A stretch of 49,962 nucleotides of DNA from Candidatus Aenigmatarchaeota archaeon (GCA_018304635.1 JAGVVW010000003.1:1-49962); one strand, 5' to 3'. Positions 1-9,616 are shown, counted from the stretch's first letter. Translations and numbers: made by a program. Notes: generated by a model not told the origin, from the sequence alone.

Positions 1-55
1 CAATCGAAAAAAATTTAGCGAAGTCCCGCACAAAGTTGAGAAACTCGTTGCTGCG

Positions 56-427
56 TTAGAAGTTGATATATTCCCTAAAAGCTAGCGGAGTTAAGGATTT
101 GAATAATGATCCATCATCAAGTTGCTTTCCTCTGAGTTTCATAACTCTTTTGTGCCTGTCATTTATACATTCTAAATAATAATGAGAAAGCTCTTTAACA
201 TTACGACTAACATTTTCTAAATCTTCGATACCGAAGGCGTAGCTCATTGACTCATCCATGTCTATTAATTTATTGGACCATAATGTATCGCTTCCATTCT
301 CAACTAAATCAGTAGCAGCATAACCCATTTTTTTTCCTTCTGATATAGTCCGATTTGTATCTAATAGAACGAGAGCTGATGCATAATCTGCTTTCTCTTC
401 AATTGTCAGTTGTTTTCTATATGTCAT
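56..427 (-). CDS. hypothetical protein
   Basis: 123-aa ORF with upstream GGTGG and a TTTATA-like box; no recognisable motif. Confidence 0.6.
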   Translation of the reverse strand: MTYRKQLTIEEKADYASALVLLDTNRTISEGKKMGYAATDLVENGSDTLWSNKLIDMDESMSYAFGIEDLENVSRNVKELSHYYLECINDRHKRVMKLRGKQLDDGSLFKSLTPLAFREYINF

Positions 428-511
428 CTATATTCCACCATATTTTATCGATAAATATAAAAATAAAAAGAAAAAACTCAGACTTTAGAAGTCGTCACAT
501 TTTCGCTGCTC

Positions 512-805
512 TTAAGCTTTTACAAGCTTATAAGCAGCCCAAACACCACCAACAAGGATAGCTATGAAACCCAGTATAGCTAACAATGGGCTTAGAAAAC
601 TTATAATGCCCAATGTGTAACCGCCCAGGTTTGTGCCAGTGCCAACTGCTGTTACATCAGCTGCAACAAACAGCAAAGCACCTGCTGTTATCCAAGCGAG
701 TGGCTTTTCCAATTTCCTGATACCTGCATAGGTTAACAAAGCTGTTACCAGCAAAGCTCCTATTGCAATATCAAGACCGGTACCAAATACCACTTGTATC
801 ACCAT
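512..805 (-). CDS. small integral membrane protein (about 3 TM)
   Basis: 97 aa, three hydrophobic Gly/Ala-rich stretches. Confidence 0.7.
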   Translation of the reverse strand: MVIQVVFGTGLDIAIGALLVTALLTYAGIRKLEKPLAWITAGALLFVAADVTAVGTGTNLGGYTLGIISFLSPLLAILGFIAILVGGVWAAYKLVKA

Positions 806-854
806 GACGTAGTATAAACGAAAAGTATTTAAAGCTTTTGAAATAAGTATTTGA

Positions 855-1150
855 ATGCTGTATGTATACGATGCAGAACAAGATGCAACAGATGTATTTA
901 TTAAAATACAAAAATATCTGGCAGCGGAGCTTCAGGTAATGATGAAGGTGCTAAAATAGAGTTCAGAAGACGTGAAAAATCTTTTTCAGAATTATATTTA
1001 AGTAAGGTAGCTGATGAGCTCTGGAGATTAGGTAATTTTCCTCGGCCGGAAGATGGTTCATTCTATGAAGACGTTGGAGAATGTTTGCACGATCTAAGTA
1101 TGGAAATAAGAGCGTATAAAAATCATCTGATGCAGAATATCTATCAATGA
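855..1150 (+). pseudogene. possible frameshifted hypothetical gene
   Basis: ATG at 855 opens MLYVYDAEQDATDVFIKIQKYLAAELQ; a second overlapping open frame 905-1150 has no early start codon. Confidence 0.25.
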
Positions 1151-1215
1151 GAAATTTGCTCCTTCATCAGCAGGTCATTATACTGTTATCAATATCTTCA
1201 AGAATCATACTTGAT

Positions 1216-1545
1216 TCATTTCCTTTTTCTGCACCGTTCCTCGCACTTGGCTTCAATTCTCGTGAGCCTTTCAAGTATCTGAGGTATCTGCTCCACGGAT
1301 TTCATCATATGTTTCTGATCAGTTGATAATTTTGCCTGATTGTATGTTAATTTAGAATATGCTACCGTGGCTGTTATAGCTAATGCTATATAAGGATACA
1401 TTTCAACCAAAGCTGGAGAATTTATTAAACCAAATGCTTTAGCCAAAACCCATACTATAATACTAAAAAGAAATGCATAAACAATGATGTCCGCTATATT
1501 CCTCATAGTATTATTTCTCATGAAAATATTTAAATATTTTCCCAT
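1216..1545 (-). CDS. hypothetical membrane protein with C-terminal coiled coil
   Basis: two hydrophobic helices followed by QILERLTRIEAKCEE. Confidence 0.65.
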   Translation of the reverse strand: MGKYLNIFMRNNTMRNIADIIVYAFLFSIIVWVLAKAFGLINSPALVEMYPYIALAITATVAYSKLTYNQAKLSTDQKHMMKSVEQIPQILERLTRIEAKCEERCRKRK

Positions 1546-1548
1546 GGG

Positions 1549-1848
1549 GTGTGTTTTTGGTTTCTTTCACTTCAAGCATGATTTTTCAGCCTCCATTTTT
1601 GGATGGAGAGCCTGAAAAATCTTCTACATCTTATGTTGTGTCCAGTTTTCTTTGCCTCCAAAACCATGACGCACTTGGAAAATTTTCATAGGTGCGTCTT
1701 ACGTCTTGAAAATGGGCAAAGAAAACCTTTATCATGCACATTTTAGAAATGCCAAAGGCATTTCTGAATGTGAAAAAGCCCCGTTTTTCTGATCATTTTT
1801 CTTCATCTCCAACGCTTCAAAAAAATAAAGTATAATCTTTAAAAACAC
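1549..1848. repeat. multi-hairpin palindromic element (dispersed family)
   Basis: stems GATTTTTCAG/CTGAAAAATC, GTTTTCTTTGCC/GGCAAAGAAAAC enclosing GACGCAC/GTGCGTC, and AGAAATGCC/GGCATTTCT; modules shared with 13805-13970. Confidence 0.75.
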
Positions 1849-2057
1849 AAATCACCAAATATTTAACTATGTTAAATTCACATCTTTGGACATTCTGTAA
1901 CAGAAATTGCACATTTACATTTATCTCCAAATTTGTGAAACAGTTCAAGCAGTAAGGTTTCATAAAACCCGTTGCTTGTCTTGTTCTGGCTTTTAATCAA
2001 AAAGATAATAGCGGGGATGAACCCATGGCTTTGGAAAATAAGGAGGTAGAATAGAAA

Positions 2058-2324
2058 ATGTCAAATGGACATTATTGTAATCGCCCTAAAAAAACAGAAC
2101 ATCACGGACACAGACATTATCATAGAGGAAGTTGTAGAGCAGGTGAAAATAGAAAAAGGCAATCCTCTGGCATTGACCTAAATCCCGATTATCATCAAAC
2201 AAGTAGCAGTGATAATAATAGACCAGAAAAGCGTTATGACAGAAGAGAGAGTGAATTATATAGAAGTACAAAGGAATGTCTTAACCGGGCAGTTGGTTTA
2301 GATCCCAGACACAGTCTTGAATAA
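2058..2324 (+). CDS. hypothetical His/Arg-rich, probably disordered protein
   Basis: 88-aa ORF preceded by AGGAGGT at 2041. Confidence 0.5.
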   Translation: MSNGHYCNRPKKTEHHGHRHYHRGSCRAGENRKRQSSGIDLNPDYHQTSSSDNNRPEKRYDRRESELYRSTKECLNRAVGLDPRHSLE

Positions 2325-2330
2325 AATCAC

Positions 2331-2480
2331 TTATTTCTTTATTTTTACAACTTCTTTAATTTTTTCTAGTTTTGACTTTCTTGATTTACCTTGCTTACAC
2401 GCAAAGCAAATAGAACCGGATGTTTTGTCAACTAATCGTATGTGTTTGCATTTTGAACAGCGTGAAATCGAAACCTTCAT
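2331..2480 (-). CDS. 49-aa CxxC-CxxC zinc-finger micro-protein (not in ORF track)
   Basis: MKVSISRCSKCKHIRLVDKTSGSICFACKQGKSRKSKLEKIKEVVKIKK; GAGGT SD; ATGA overlap with the upstream stop. Confidence 0.65.
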   Translation of the reverse strand: MKVSISRCSKCKHIRLVDKTSGSICFACKQGKSRKSKLEKIKEVVKIKK

Positions 2481-2740
2481 TTTAAAACCTCTTTTCTAGC
2501 ATGCAGCATATCGCCTATATTTCCAATGCCTGTATTCAAATACCTTATCATCCGCCTTTTTTCCATTAAAGAAACAGGCTGCTCTTCTATCATCAGCAAT
2601 GTTGGCTCCATCTGATCAAGAGCACGCAAAAGATATATTTTTTTATTTTTATCGCGCATTTTATCTACAGCTTCTCTCAGTCTGTCATATCTCCGCCTGA
2701 TTACATATGCATCATTACGCATGAAAAGCCCAAAGAACAT
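2477..2740 (-). CDS. hypothetical helical protein
   Basis: 87-aa ORF (start may be MRND at 2722), coupled to the zinc-finger ORF. Confidence 0.6.
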   Translation of the reverse strand: MFFGLFMRNDAYVIRRRYDRLREAVDKMRDKNKKIYLLRALDQMEPTLLMIEEQPVSLMEKRRMIRYLNTGIGNIGDMLHARKEVLK

Positions 2741-2812
2741 AAAAATATTATGTCACGCTCATATAAATAGTCTGGTTGCATTATTCAAATATAATAGTTT
2801 TGGGGGTTTATC

Positions 2813-3211
2813 ATGAATAAACTGACAAAAGATATTGTTGAATTTGTAATATTTGTTGCATTGGCGTGGATATTTTATCAGGTGCTTGCAATGGCTGTTA
2901 ATACACCAATGCCTCTTGTTTCTGTTGTATCTGAATCAATGGAACCTGTCCTGCATCGCGGGGATTTATTATTTGTAACTGGTGGAAATTATAGTGTAAG
3001 AGATGTTGTAATATATCAGCGATATGATGTTGATTATACAATTGTTCACAGAATAATTGAAGAAGATGAAAATGGCTTGACTATAAAAGGCGATAACAAT
3101 CCTATGCCTGATCCTGGTTATGTCGAGCGTTCCCAGATTTTAGGAAAAGTCCGTTTTGCAATGCCGATGCTCGGGTATCCGAGGCTGGCGCTGCATTGGG
3201 TCGGGATATAA
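2813..3211 (+). CDS. sec11: signal peptidase I, archaeal/ER (Sec11) type
   Basis: N-terminal TM, VVSESMEP catalytic Ser, GDLL, IVHR, KGDNN motifs. Confidence 0.93.
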   Translation: MNKLTKDIVEFVIFVALAWIFYQVLAMAVNTPMPLVSVVSESMEPVLHRGDLLFVTGGNYSVRDVVIYQRYDVDYTIVHRIIEEDENGLTIKGDNNPMPDPGYVERSQILGKVRFAMPMLGYPRLALHWVGI

Positions 3212-3288
3212 ATATTGGTATATATAACGAAAAAAGATGGCGATTTTAACTATAAATACTACCAAGTAATAATTAAATTATTATAGAC

Positions 3289-4134
3289 GTGTCCCGAGCT
3301 ATTGTAACATTTGGCAGAACAGCTAGCGTAGATGCATTTTCCTACATTAAAAATTCCAGATATCTTGACAAAATTGAAGAATTAAATGAAGATTTTCTAA
3401 TACAAAATTTACCAGAAATTCTTAAAGGAGACGATACCAGACCTTCGATATATGATATTGACAGGGAACACTTTACACTGCCTGTTTTACAATTTGATGA
3501 AAATGGAAATCATGAGCTTCATTATCTTAAACCAGAGTTTTACATGCCATTTATAGGTTGTCGTAATGGTGAATCTGTTTTGTACATACCTTTGAAAGCA
3601 GGTGCTAGAGATTGTGTTGATAGAATAGATGTATACTTTCTATATTTCAGCATTAAGCAGGTGATTGGTATTGGATATTTCGGCCAGTTTTCGCGTAATG
3701 TAAACAAGCCCGGATTTACAGTGGTTCCATCTGATTCTGTTAATTACGACTTGCCTTTTGAAATTCCTGAATCAATGCCTTCAGAAAAATTGCAGAAAAT
3801 AATACATGAATCATATGGCAGATATGGAATAGAAGTTAGAGATGGTATAATTATGTCAAAAAGGAATATGTCAGATATTCCACAAAATGAGATTGATTGT
3901 TTCGAGTCAAGAGGCGTAATTGGCGTTGACATGGAAACTGCAGCATTTTTGGATTACTGCAACAGGCATAACATAGCAGCAGGTTCCATACTGATTGCCG
4001 GAGACCCGGTTCAAGGAACTATTTTTGACAGAGAAATGAAAATGTATTGCAGGGACAAGACAGCAATAAAGCCAATGCAAAATGCTGTAGAGATCGCAAC
4101 TGAAATTCTCTCATGTTATAAAAATATTATATGA
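3289..4134 (+). CDS. nucleoside phosphorylase family protein (PNP/UDP fold)
   Basis: GVIGVDMETAAF motif, plus GAR..D and IGIGYFG segments. Confidence 0.7.
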   Translation: MSRAIVTFGRTASVDAFSYIKNSRYLDKIEELNEDFLIQNLPEILKGDDTRPSIYDIDREHFTLPVLQFDENGNHELHYLKPEFYMPFIGCRNGESVLYIPLKAGARDCVDRIDVYFLYFSIKQVIGIGYFGQFSRNVNKPGFTVVPSDSVNYDLPFEIPESMPSEKLQKIIHESYGRYGIEVRDGIIMSKRNMSDIPQNEIDCFESRGVIGVDMETAAFLDYCNRHNIAAGSILIAGDPVQGTIFDREMKMYCRDKTAIKPMQNAVEIATEILSCYKNII

Positions 4135-4210
4135 AAAGACTTCTTTCCCCTGAAGTTTCCAAGTATTGCTCGTAGATATAATATTTTTCTCCATAAATAT
4201 TGATGCATTT

Positions 4211-4579
4211 TCAAAACGTCAGATCAAAATCACTGATCCCATTGATTTTTGTAATCTCTCTTGCCAGAGTTCTACCCCGATCTTTGTCGCAGTTAATAAA
4301 TGCTGACCACTCCAAACCAGAGCCATTGTACTTATGATAACTTGCCAGTACACCTGCCCCGTGCTTTGACAGAATTCTCATAACACTTTTCAGATTTCTG
4401 TCATCGCGCATTGTCATTTTTATCTGCGGTATTTTTTTCTCCATGGGCGTAAGGCTTATGTGACCATTGTCAGAAGTCATTATAAGTTCAGTAGAGTCAT
4501 CTATGTTAAGCATTCTTCGCAAATAGAACGGTATCTGCAATCTTCCCTTTGAATCAAGATGAACAGGTTTGTAATTCAC
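4211..4579 (-). CDS. AbrB/MazE DNA-binding domain fused to ACT-like domain
   Basis: LDSKGRLQIPFYLRRML AbrB motif; GTG start at 4579 follows GGAGG (ORF track starts at 4594); paralog of 6927-7319. Confidence 0.75.
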   Translation of the reverse strand: MNYKPVHLDSKGRLQIPFYLRRMLNIDDSTELIMTSDNGHISLTPMEKKIPQIKMTMRDDRNLKSVMRILSKHGAGVLASYHKYNGSGLEWSAFINCDKDRGRTLAREITKINGISDFDLTF

Positions 4580-4620
4580 ACAAACTCCCTCCATTCCACT
4601 GGTTTGTAATTCACAAACAT
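4576..4620 (-). CDS. putative 14-aa leader peptide MFVNYKPVEWREFV
   Basis: uORF whose TGA overlaps the GTG start (GTGA) of the AbrB-ACT gene; contains a 15-bp duplication of that gene's 5' end. Confidence 0.35.
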   Translation of the reverse strand: MFVNYKPVEWREFV

Positions 4621-4815
4621 CACTTATGATTACGTTATGTAGTGTGCGGTTCAGTATCGTGGTTTGGCATTATGATCTTTTTCTTACACCCACCGTGTGT
4701 ACTTAATACTACTATTAAATGATTATACTCCTATCTATTTAACGTTATACCAAATTTTAAGGTAAAAATTACATTTTATTTAACTTTTTAAGCTTTTAAT
4801 GGAAATATTTTCCAT

Positions 4816-5265
4816 ATGATACTTGAAAAAGATAAAAAAATTCTTGAAATTTTGAAGAAGAACAGCAGAAAGCCAATCAAAGCTATTGCTTTAGTGCTTG
4901 GTTTGCCTGTTACCACAGTTTATAATCGGGTGAAATATATGGAAGAGCAAGGTATTATCAAACAGTATACACTGTATCTTGATAAAAAGAAATTGGGATA
5001 TAATATTGAAGCTCTGGTTGAGGTGAAAATAACCTATAAGAGTGGAAAAGAAAGCAGGATAAATGAGACGGAAATAAGCAAAAAGGTTTTAAACATACCT
5101 GGAGTGGAAAGGGTTTATGTCACCACAGGTGATACTGACATGCTTGTTAAAATTTCTGTCAGGGATATTGATGAACTTAATAATATAGTATTAGAGCGCC
5201 TCAAAATAATTCCAGGAATAATAGGCACGAACACTTCAGTGATTCTGGCGAACTTCAGGAACTGA
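4816..5265 (+). CDS. Lrp/AsnC family transcriptional regulator
   Basis: KDKKILEILKKNSR..TTVYNRVKYMEEQGII HTH; TGDTD in the RAM domain. Confidence 0.93.
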   Translation: MILEKDKKILEILKKNSRKPIKAIALVLGLPVTTVYNRVKYMEEQGIIKQYTLYLDKKKLGYNIEALVEVKITYKSGKESRINETEISKKVLNIPGVERVYVTTGDTDMLVKISVRDIDELNNIVLERLKIIPGIIGTNTSVILANFRN

Positions 5266-5330
5266 TTTTGGTTGTTATGGTGTCTGGCATTGTGTAAAAT
5301 ACTTTATGGCTTCTCCCCATCATGTTCTTT

Positions 5331-5801
5331 TTAAAGAACATATTCCCATGCCTGCTCATCGCAGTTGCTATAATGTGGACATTCATTGCAAAATGCCATA
5401 ATTTTTTCAGGAAAACGCTCACGCTTTGTCATCTCAAAACCCAACTTTTCAAGCATTGGTCCTGCACGTGTAAATGCAAATATTAATTCAACATCAGGAT
5501 TTGTTTCCAGGTCAGCTAATACATTTCCCACAAGTGCTGATCCTATACCATGCCCCTGATATTCTTCCCTTACACACAGAGAACATATTTCAGCTTTTTG
5601 GGAACCATTTTCATATATTCTTTGTCCGCAACATCCCACAACCTGTTCTCCATCGTGTGCAACCCAGAAACTTTCATAATTTTGTTCAACATCTTTCCGT
5701 TGCAGAATTAGGCCATTTTCGGCAAAATAATCAAGTAATTCCTGTAATTGCGAAACATCTTCTTTGACAGCCTGTCGATAATCAATTGATGTCATAAGCA
5801 T
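5331..5801 (-). CDS. GNAT acetyltransferase, short ArgA (N-acetylglutamate synthase)-like
   Basis: AEICSLCV..YQGHGIGSALV acetyl-CoA motif; C-terminal PEKI..C..C....CDE typical of short ArgA-like proteins. Confidence 0.75.
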   Translation of the reverse strand: MLMTSIDYRQAVKEDVSQLQELLDYFAENGLILQRKDVEQNYESFWVAHDGEQVVGCCGQRIYENGSQKAEICSLCVREEYQGHGIGSALVGNVLADLETNPDVELIFAFTRAGPMLEKLGFEMTKRERFPEKIMAFCNECPHYSNCDEQAWEYVL

Positions 5802-5848
5802 TAAGAGTCTTTTATAATAGGGGTGATGTAGTTATTTGTTCTTTGAAC

Positions 5849-6862
5849 TTATTCAGGGGCATATTTTCTGACTCTTGTCGCACCAGAAAACTTATTTTCA
5901 CCCGGAGTCATGCACATATAAAGCATGTCAGGATATCTTGAAATATCCACATACGGAGGAGAATTTTGAGAATGTAATAGCTCGCCAAGCGTAACAACTT
6001 TATTGTACATACCGCCTTCTATGACACCTTCAGGCACAGGCTGATATAATCCGTTTTTAAATACATAACATTTACCCGTTTGGTCTACATAAAGTGTTTC
6101 TATAATTATTTTTTCATCATCAAGAACAGGTGTATCGACTATGCAGAGAGCATAAAGAGCTTCTGTCATCGATTTGGCAAATATATCATCTGCATTTACA
6201 TTGAAGTGTAAGTGATTATCGCAACCTAAAAACGAGATAATATATATTTTATTCGGGTCTTTGACTGTTTTCCTTAATTCTAATGCATGATAATCTGTAA
6301 ATTTGCCTGTGCGTAACATATCTACTCTTCTTCCATCCCTCGTTGTTTTGGTACCCATTCTCTCTGCAGGAACATGAAATATTTGTTCTATAGAAACTTC
6401 TCCACCGAGAGCTCTTCTGATTTTTGATGCTAACATATTATTAATTCCATCAGCGACCGGATGGACAAATTCCAAACACTCTTCTGGTGTCACTCTTACA
6501 CCGTCAACTTTTTTATTAAATATTTCATATGAATACGGATATTTTTCTTTATAGCTTTCCATTTTTCTTTCAAGTACTTTTCCGCCTCCGTGAAAAACTC
6601 CAACAAGGCAGCCTGCAGGAAGCATCCAGTATATTGCTGCAACACCCTCACAGAATTCCTCTAAAGCGGGTGGTTTATTATCGATTTGTTCATCTAAGTT
6701 GTTTAACATTTGTGAACCACTTATCTTAAGACCAAAATGGTGCGGACCTTCTTTTTCATCAGCTTTTTCATACCAGTATCTTTTTCCAGCATCAAAAATT
6801 TCATTGCCTACTTTATATCTCAAATATTCTTCTGCTTCTCTTTCATTTGAAATGCTTTGCAT
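5849..6862 (-). CDS. amino acid kinase family protein, acetylglutamate kinase (ArgB)-like, divergent
   Basis: LKISGS, HGGGK, GVRVT, NVNADD and GGMYNKV motifs. Confidence 0.7.
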   Translation of the reverse strand: MQSISNEREAEEYLRYKVGNEIFDAGKRYWYEKADEKEGPHHFGLKISGSQMLNNLDEQIDNKPPALEEFCEGVAAIYWMLPAGCLVGVFHGGGKVLERKMESYKEKYPYSYEIFNKKVDGVRVTPEECLEFVHPVADGINNMLASKIRRALGGEVSIEQIFHVPAERMGTKTTRDGRRVDMLRTGKFTDYHALELRKTVKDPNKIYIISFLGCDNHLHFNVNADDIFAKSMTEALYALCIVDTPVLDDEKIIIETLYVDQTGKCYVFKNGLYQPVPEGVIEGGMYNKVVTLGELLHSQNSPPYVDISRYPDMLYMCMTPGENKFSGATRVRKYAPE

Positions 6863-6926
6863 AATATCATCTTAACCAATTAAATCCGTACTAAAAATTC
6901 CTCTACATATAAAGTTTTTAAATACG

Positions 6927-7319
6927 TCATGGTTTTGTCAGTTCAACAAATGAAACAGCATCCAATGATTCCAAAGCTTTTCTGGATGCATTTATATTCT
7001 GGCATTTGCTTACATCCAAAAGAGCTAACCAGTGTGCTGTCTTGCCCTTTTCAATAACCTTTATTTCGCTCATTAGTATTTCCAATTTATGCTCAGCCAA
7101 CGTTCTTGCAGCAACTGAAACGCTGCCAGGGCTGTCCTTAAGAACAAGCTTCAACTTCATTGCAGAATTATTCAACAATGGAAATACCCGTATTTCTTTC
7201 ATCTCGTTGTTAATAATCATCATTTCTGTCCGGTTATTCAAAGACATCATTTCGCGAATATGATAAGGTATTAATAACCTTCCCTTCGAATCCAAACGCA
7301 CAACATTTATTGTTTTCAT
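6927..7319 (-). CDS. AbrB/MazE domain plus ACT domain regulator
   Basis: RLDSKGRLLIPYHIRE followed by LKDSPGSVSVAARTLAEHKLEIL (ACT signature). Confidence 0.85.
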   Translation of the reverse strand: MKTINVVRLDSKGRLLIPYHIREMMSLNNRTEMMIINNEMKEIRVFPLLNNSAMKLKLVLKDSPGSVSVAARTLAEHKLEILMSEIKVIEKGKTAHWLALLDVSKCQNINASRKALESLDAVSFVELTKP

Positions 7320-7469
7320 CTAAATTACCACCCCACTTATTTCCCACCAAAACTTTAAAAAGTTATCATGGCTGTATAGAGAGAAATGGTGAATAAAATA
7401 TTTATAGTTTTCTATTAAACTATTTATTCTTGCAAAACCAAGAAAAGCAAGAAAACAGTGGTGTGAAAA

Positions 7470-7793
7470 ATGGATTTTTGTAAAAAATGCGGCTCAATAA
7501 TGATTCCAATTAAGCAGGATGATGGTGGAAGCTTTCTTAAATGCCGTTCTTGCGGAGCAAAAATCAACAAGCCTGCTATAAATTACAAAATAAAAGAATC
7601 TGTAAAAAAATCAAAAGACATAGCAGTAATTGAAAAGGATACTATAGTACTTCCTACAACTGAAAAAGACTGTCCGAAATGTGATCACGGCCGTGCATAT
7701 TGGTGGCTTCAGCAGACAAGAAGCGCTGATGAGCCTCCGACACAATTTTTCAGATGCGTTAAATGCAATTATACATGGCGCGAATACAAATAA
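7470..7793 (+). CDS. tfs: transcription factor S (TFS/RpoM)
   Basis: two zinc ribbons and QTRSADEPPTQFFRC acidic hairpin. Confidence 0.95.
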   Translation: MDFCKKCGSIMIPIKQDDGGSFLKCRSCGAKINKPAINYKIKESVKKSKDIAVIEKDTIVLPTTEKDCPKCDHGRAYWWLQQTRSADEPPTQFFRCVKCNYTWREYK

Positions 7794-7870
7794 ACCCTTC
7801 TTTCTTTTTCTAAGAAATTTATAAAAAAGAAAGATATCCTTTTAAATTTTTTCCTGTGTTAAATATTCTA

Positions 7871-8956
7871 ATGAAAGTCCTGGCTGTTGATATTGGTGCG
7901 ACGAAAACAAGCATAGCTCCTATAAATGTTGAAAATAATTATCATGTCTACAGGATATTCACGTATCACACAATTAATATAGCTGATATGTACGACTATA
8001 TACAGATGCATGCTGGAGGTAATGATGGAATAAGTGTAGGTATTCCAGGAGTGCCTTATAACGGTAGAATTAAATTAACTAATCTTCCAGGGCAAATCTT
8101 TGATTCAGCTGATTTAAATCAACAAACAGGGATAGATGTTCTTGCGTTGAATGATGTTGAAAGTGCTGCACATTACATGCCATTGTTAAATAGAAGTGGT
8201 GTCAGAACAGTGTATGGAAATGAAGAACCACCGCAACAGGAAACAAAAATTTTATTATTGCCTGGAACAGGTCTTGGCGGAGCACGGGCATTATGGACCG
8301 ATGATGGATATTTCATTGAAAGAGCAGAACCAGGACATTTCCCATATATACCTGAAAACTGGCGGGAAAGAGGGTGGCTTGAATATTTAGAAAAAAAATT
8401 TGAAAGAAAGCTGGTCATGGAAGATTTATGTGCAAGATATGGACCCATATATCTGGATTTATTATATGAAAGAGTAATGAGAAGACCGGAAACAATGGAA
8501 GAAATGGCAGAATCATGGAACATTGGACAAAATATTGATGTTTTCAAGAAATGGTGCAGTTTGCTGGCACACGATACCCAGATATTCGCATTTGGCGGAG
8601 ATATGCCTTTTGGCGGTGTTTATCTCGGAGCAAATGTAACAAAAAACCAGAATGTTTTTATGGAATATGGTTCAAAAGTTTTTGTTGATGAATTTCAATC
8701 ACATCCAAAAATGTCGGAAAGTTTAAGACGGATTCCGATTTATGTTATAACAGATCCATACTTTTCATTAAAAGGCAATGCAGCAGCGTATATGAAACAT
8801 TTCGGTGATAAGGAAGAACAAAGAAATAATCTTCCCGAACTTTTGGCTGAAGTGAAAGAATTTTTACAGCAGCCATGCCAAAGGCCAACTCCTGATGAAG
8901 TGTTACAATCTGCGCGGGAAAGATGGCGGGAATATATTGAGCAACATACAACATAA
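7871..8956 (+). CDS. glucokinase-like sugar kinase (bacterial Glk type)
   Basis: AVDIGATK, LNDVESAA, PGTGLG, EPGH and GGVYL motifs; start taken as MKVLAVD. Confidence 0.75.
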   Translation: MKVLAVDIGATKTSIAPINVENNYHVYRIFTYHTINIADMYDYIQMHAGGNDGISVGIPGVPYNGRIKLTNLPGQIFDSADLNQQTGIDVLALNDVESAAHYMPLLNRSGVRTVYGNEEPPQQETKILLLPGTGLGGARALWTDDGYFIERAEPGHFPYIPENWRERGWLEYLEKKFERKLVMEDLCARYGPIYLDLLYERVMRRPETMEEMAESWNIGQNIDVFKKWCSLLAHDTQIFAFGGDMPFGGVYLGANVTKNQNVFMEYGSKVFVDEFQSHPKMSESLRRIPIYVITDPYFSLKGNAAAYMKHFGDKEEQRNNLPELLAEVKEFLQQPCQRPTPDEVLQSARERWREYIEQHTT

Positions 8957-9307
8957 GATAGTGAAAATTATATAAATTAAAAAATATGAAAGGGGGAATT
9001 GAATGGATTATGAAAGAATAGAAAGGATGAATATTGGTAAATACAAACCGATAGAAATGAGGGTGATCGGCGACTAATATGTTGATATTCTTAGGGTTGG
9101 TTATTATTTAGGATTGGATAATTCTCACCACGATAATCCGGAATTGTTATTTTCTACAAGCTTATTATTTAATACAAAATTGACATGTGCAGGTAATACA
9201 CCTAACGGAGACTTATCAAAAATCAGATAATAAGAAACTTGTGGAGTTTCAGCAAAAATCGTTACACTCTCAATTGGTATATAATTCTGTCAGTTATTTC
9301 AAATTCA

Positions 9308-9616
9308 TTATTCACTATTAGCCTTCTTCTCAGCTTTCATTTCCCGTTTCATCTGCTCGCGCAATTTTGGAACGCTGATTTTAACACCGCATTTTTCACA
9401 CTTTATAGAAAAAGGCCTTTTCCATTTTTCTTCTGTATATGATATGTGTGCACATTCAGGACACGTATATTCCACCATAGCTACACCATTCATATGAACA
9501 AGAACCCGCATCTTTCCGATTCCTTTTTTTCCTTTAACTGTCCTGTTTGTATGATACTGACAATCGCTTGACTTTATTTTATGCTTCTCTATATATTCCT
9601 GAATTTTACTTGTCAT
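9308..9616 (-). CDS. zinc-ribbon hypothetical protein
   Basis: CPEC...CEKC with basic C-terminal tail. Confidence 0.7.
   Translation of the reverse strand: MTSKIQEYIEKHKIKSSDCQYHTNRTVKGKKGIGKMRVLVHMNGVAMVEYTCPECAHISYTEEKWKRPFSIKCEKCGVKISVPKLREQMKREMKAEKKANSE

Noticed and set aside
2005-2040. tRNA-like GCGGGGATGAACCC
   Set aside because: No cloverleaf or T-loop can be built.
8960-9300. short ORF fragments downstream of the kinase
   Set aside because: No continuous frame or recognisable motif; possibly decayed coding DNA but unsupported.
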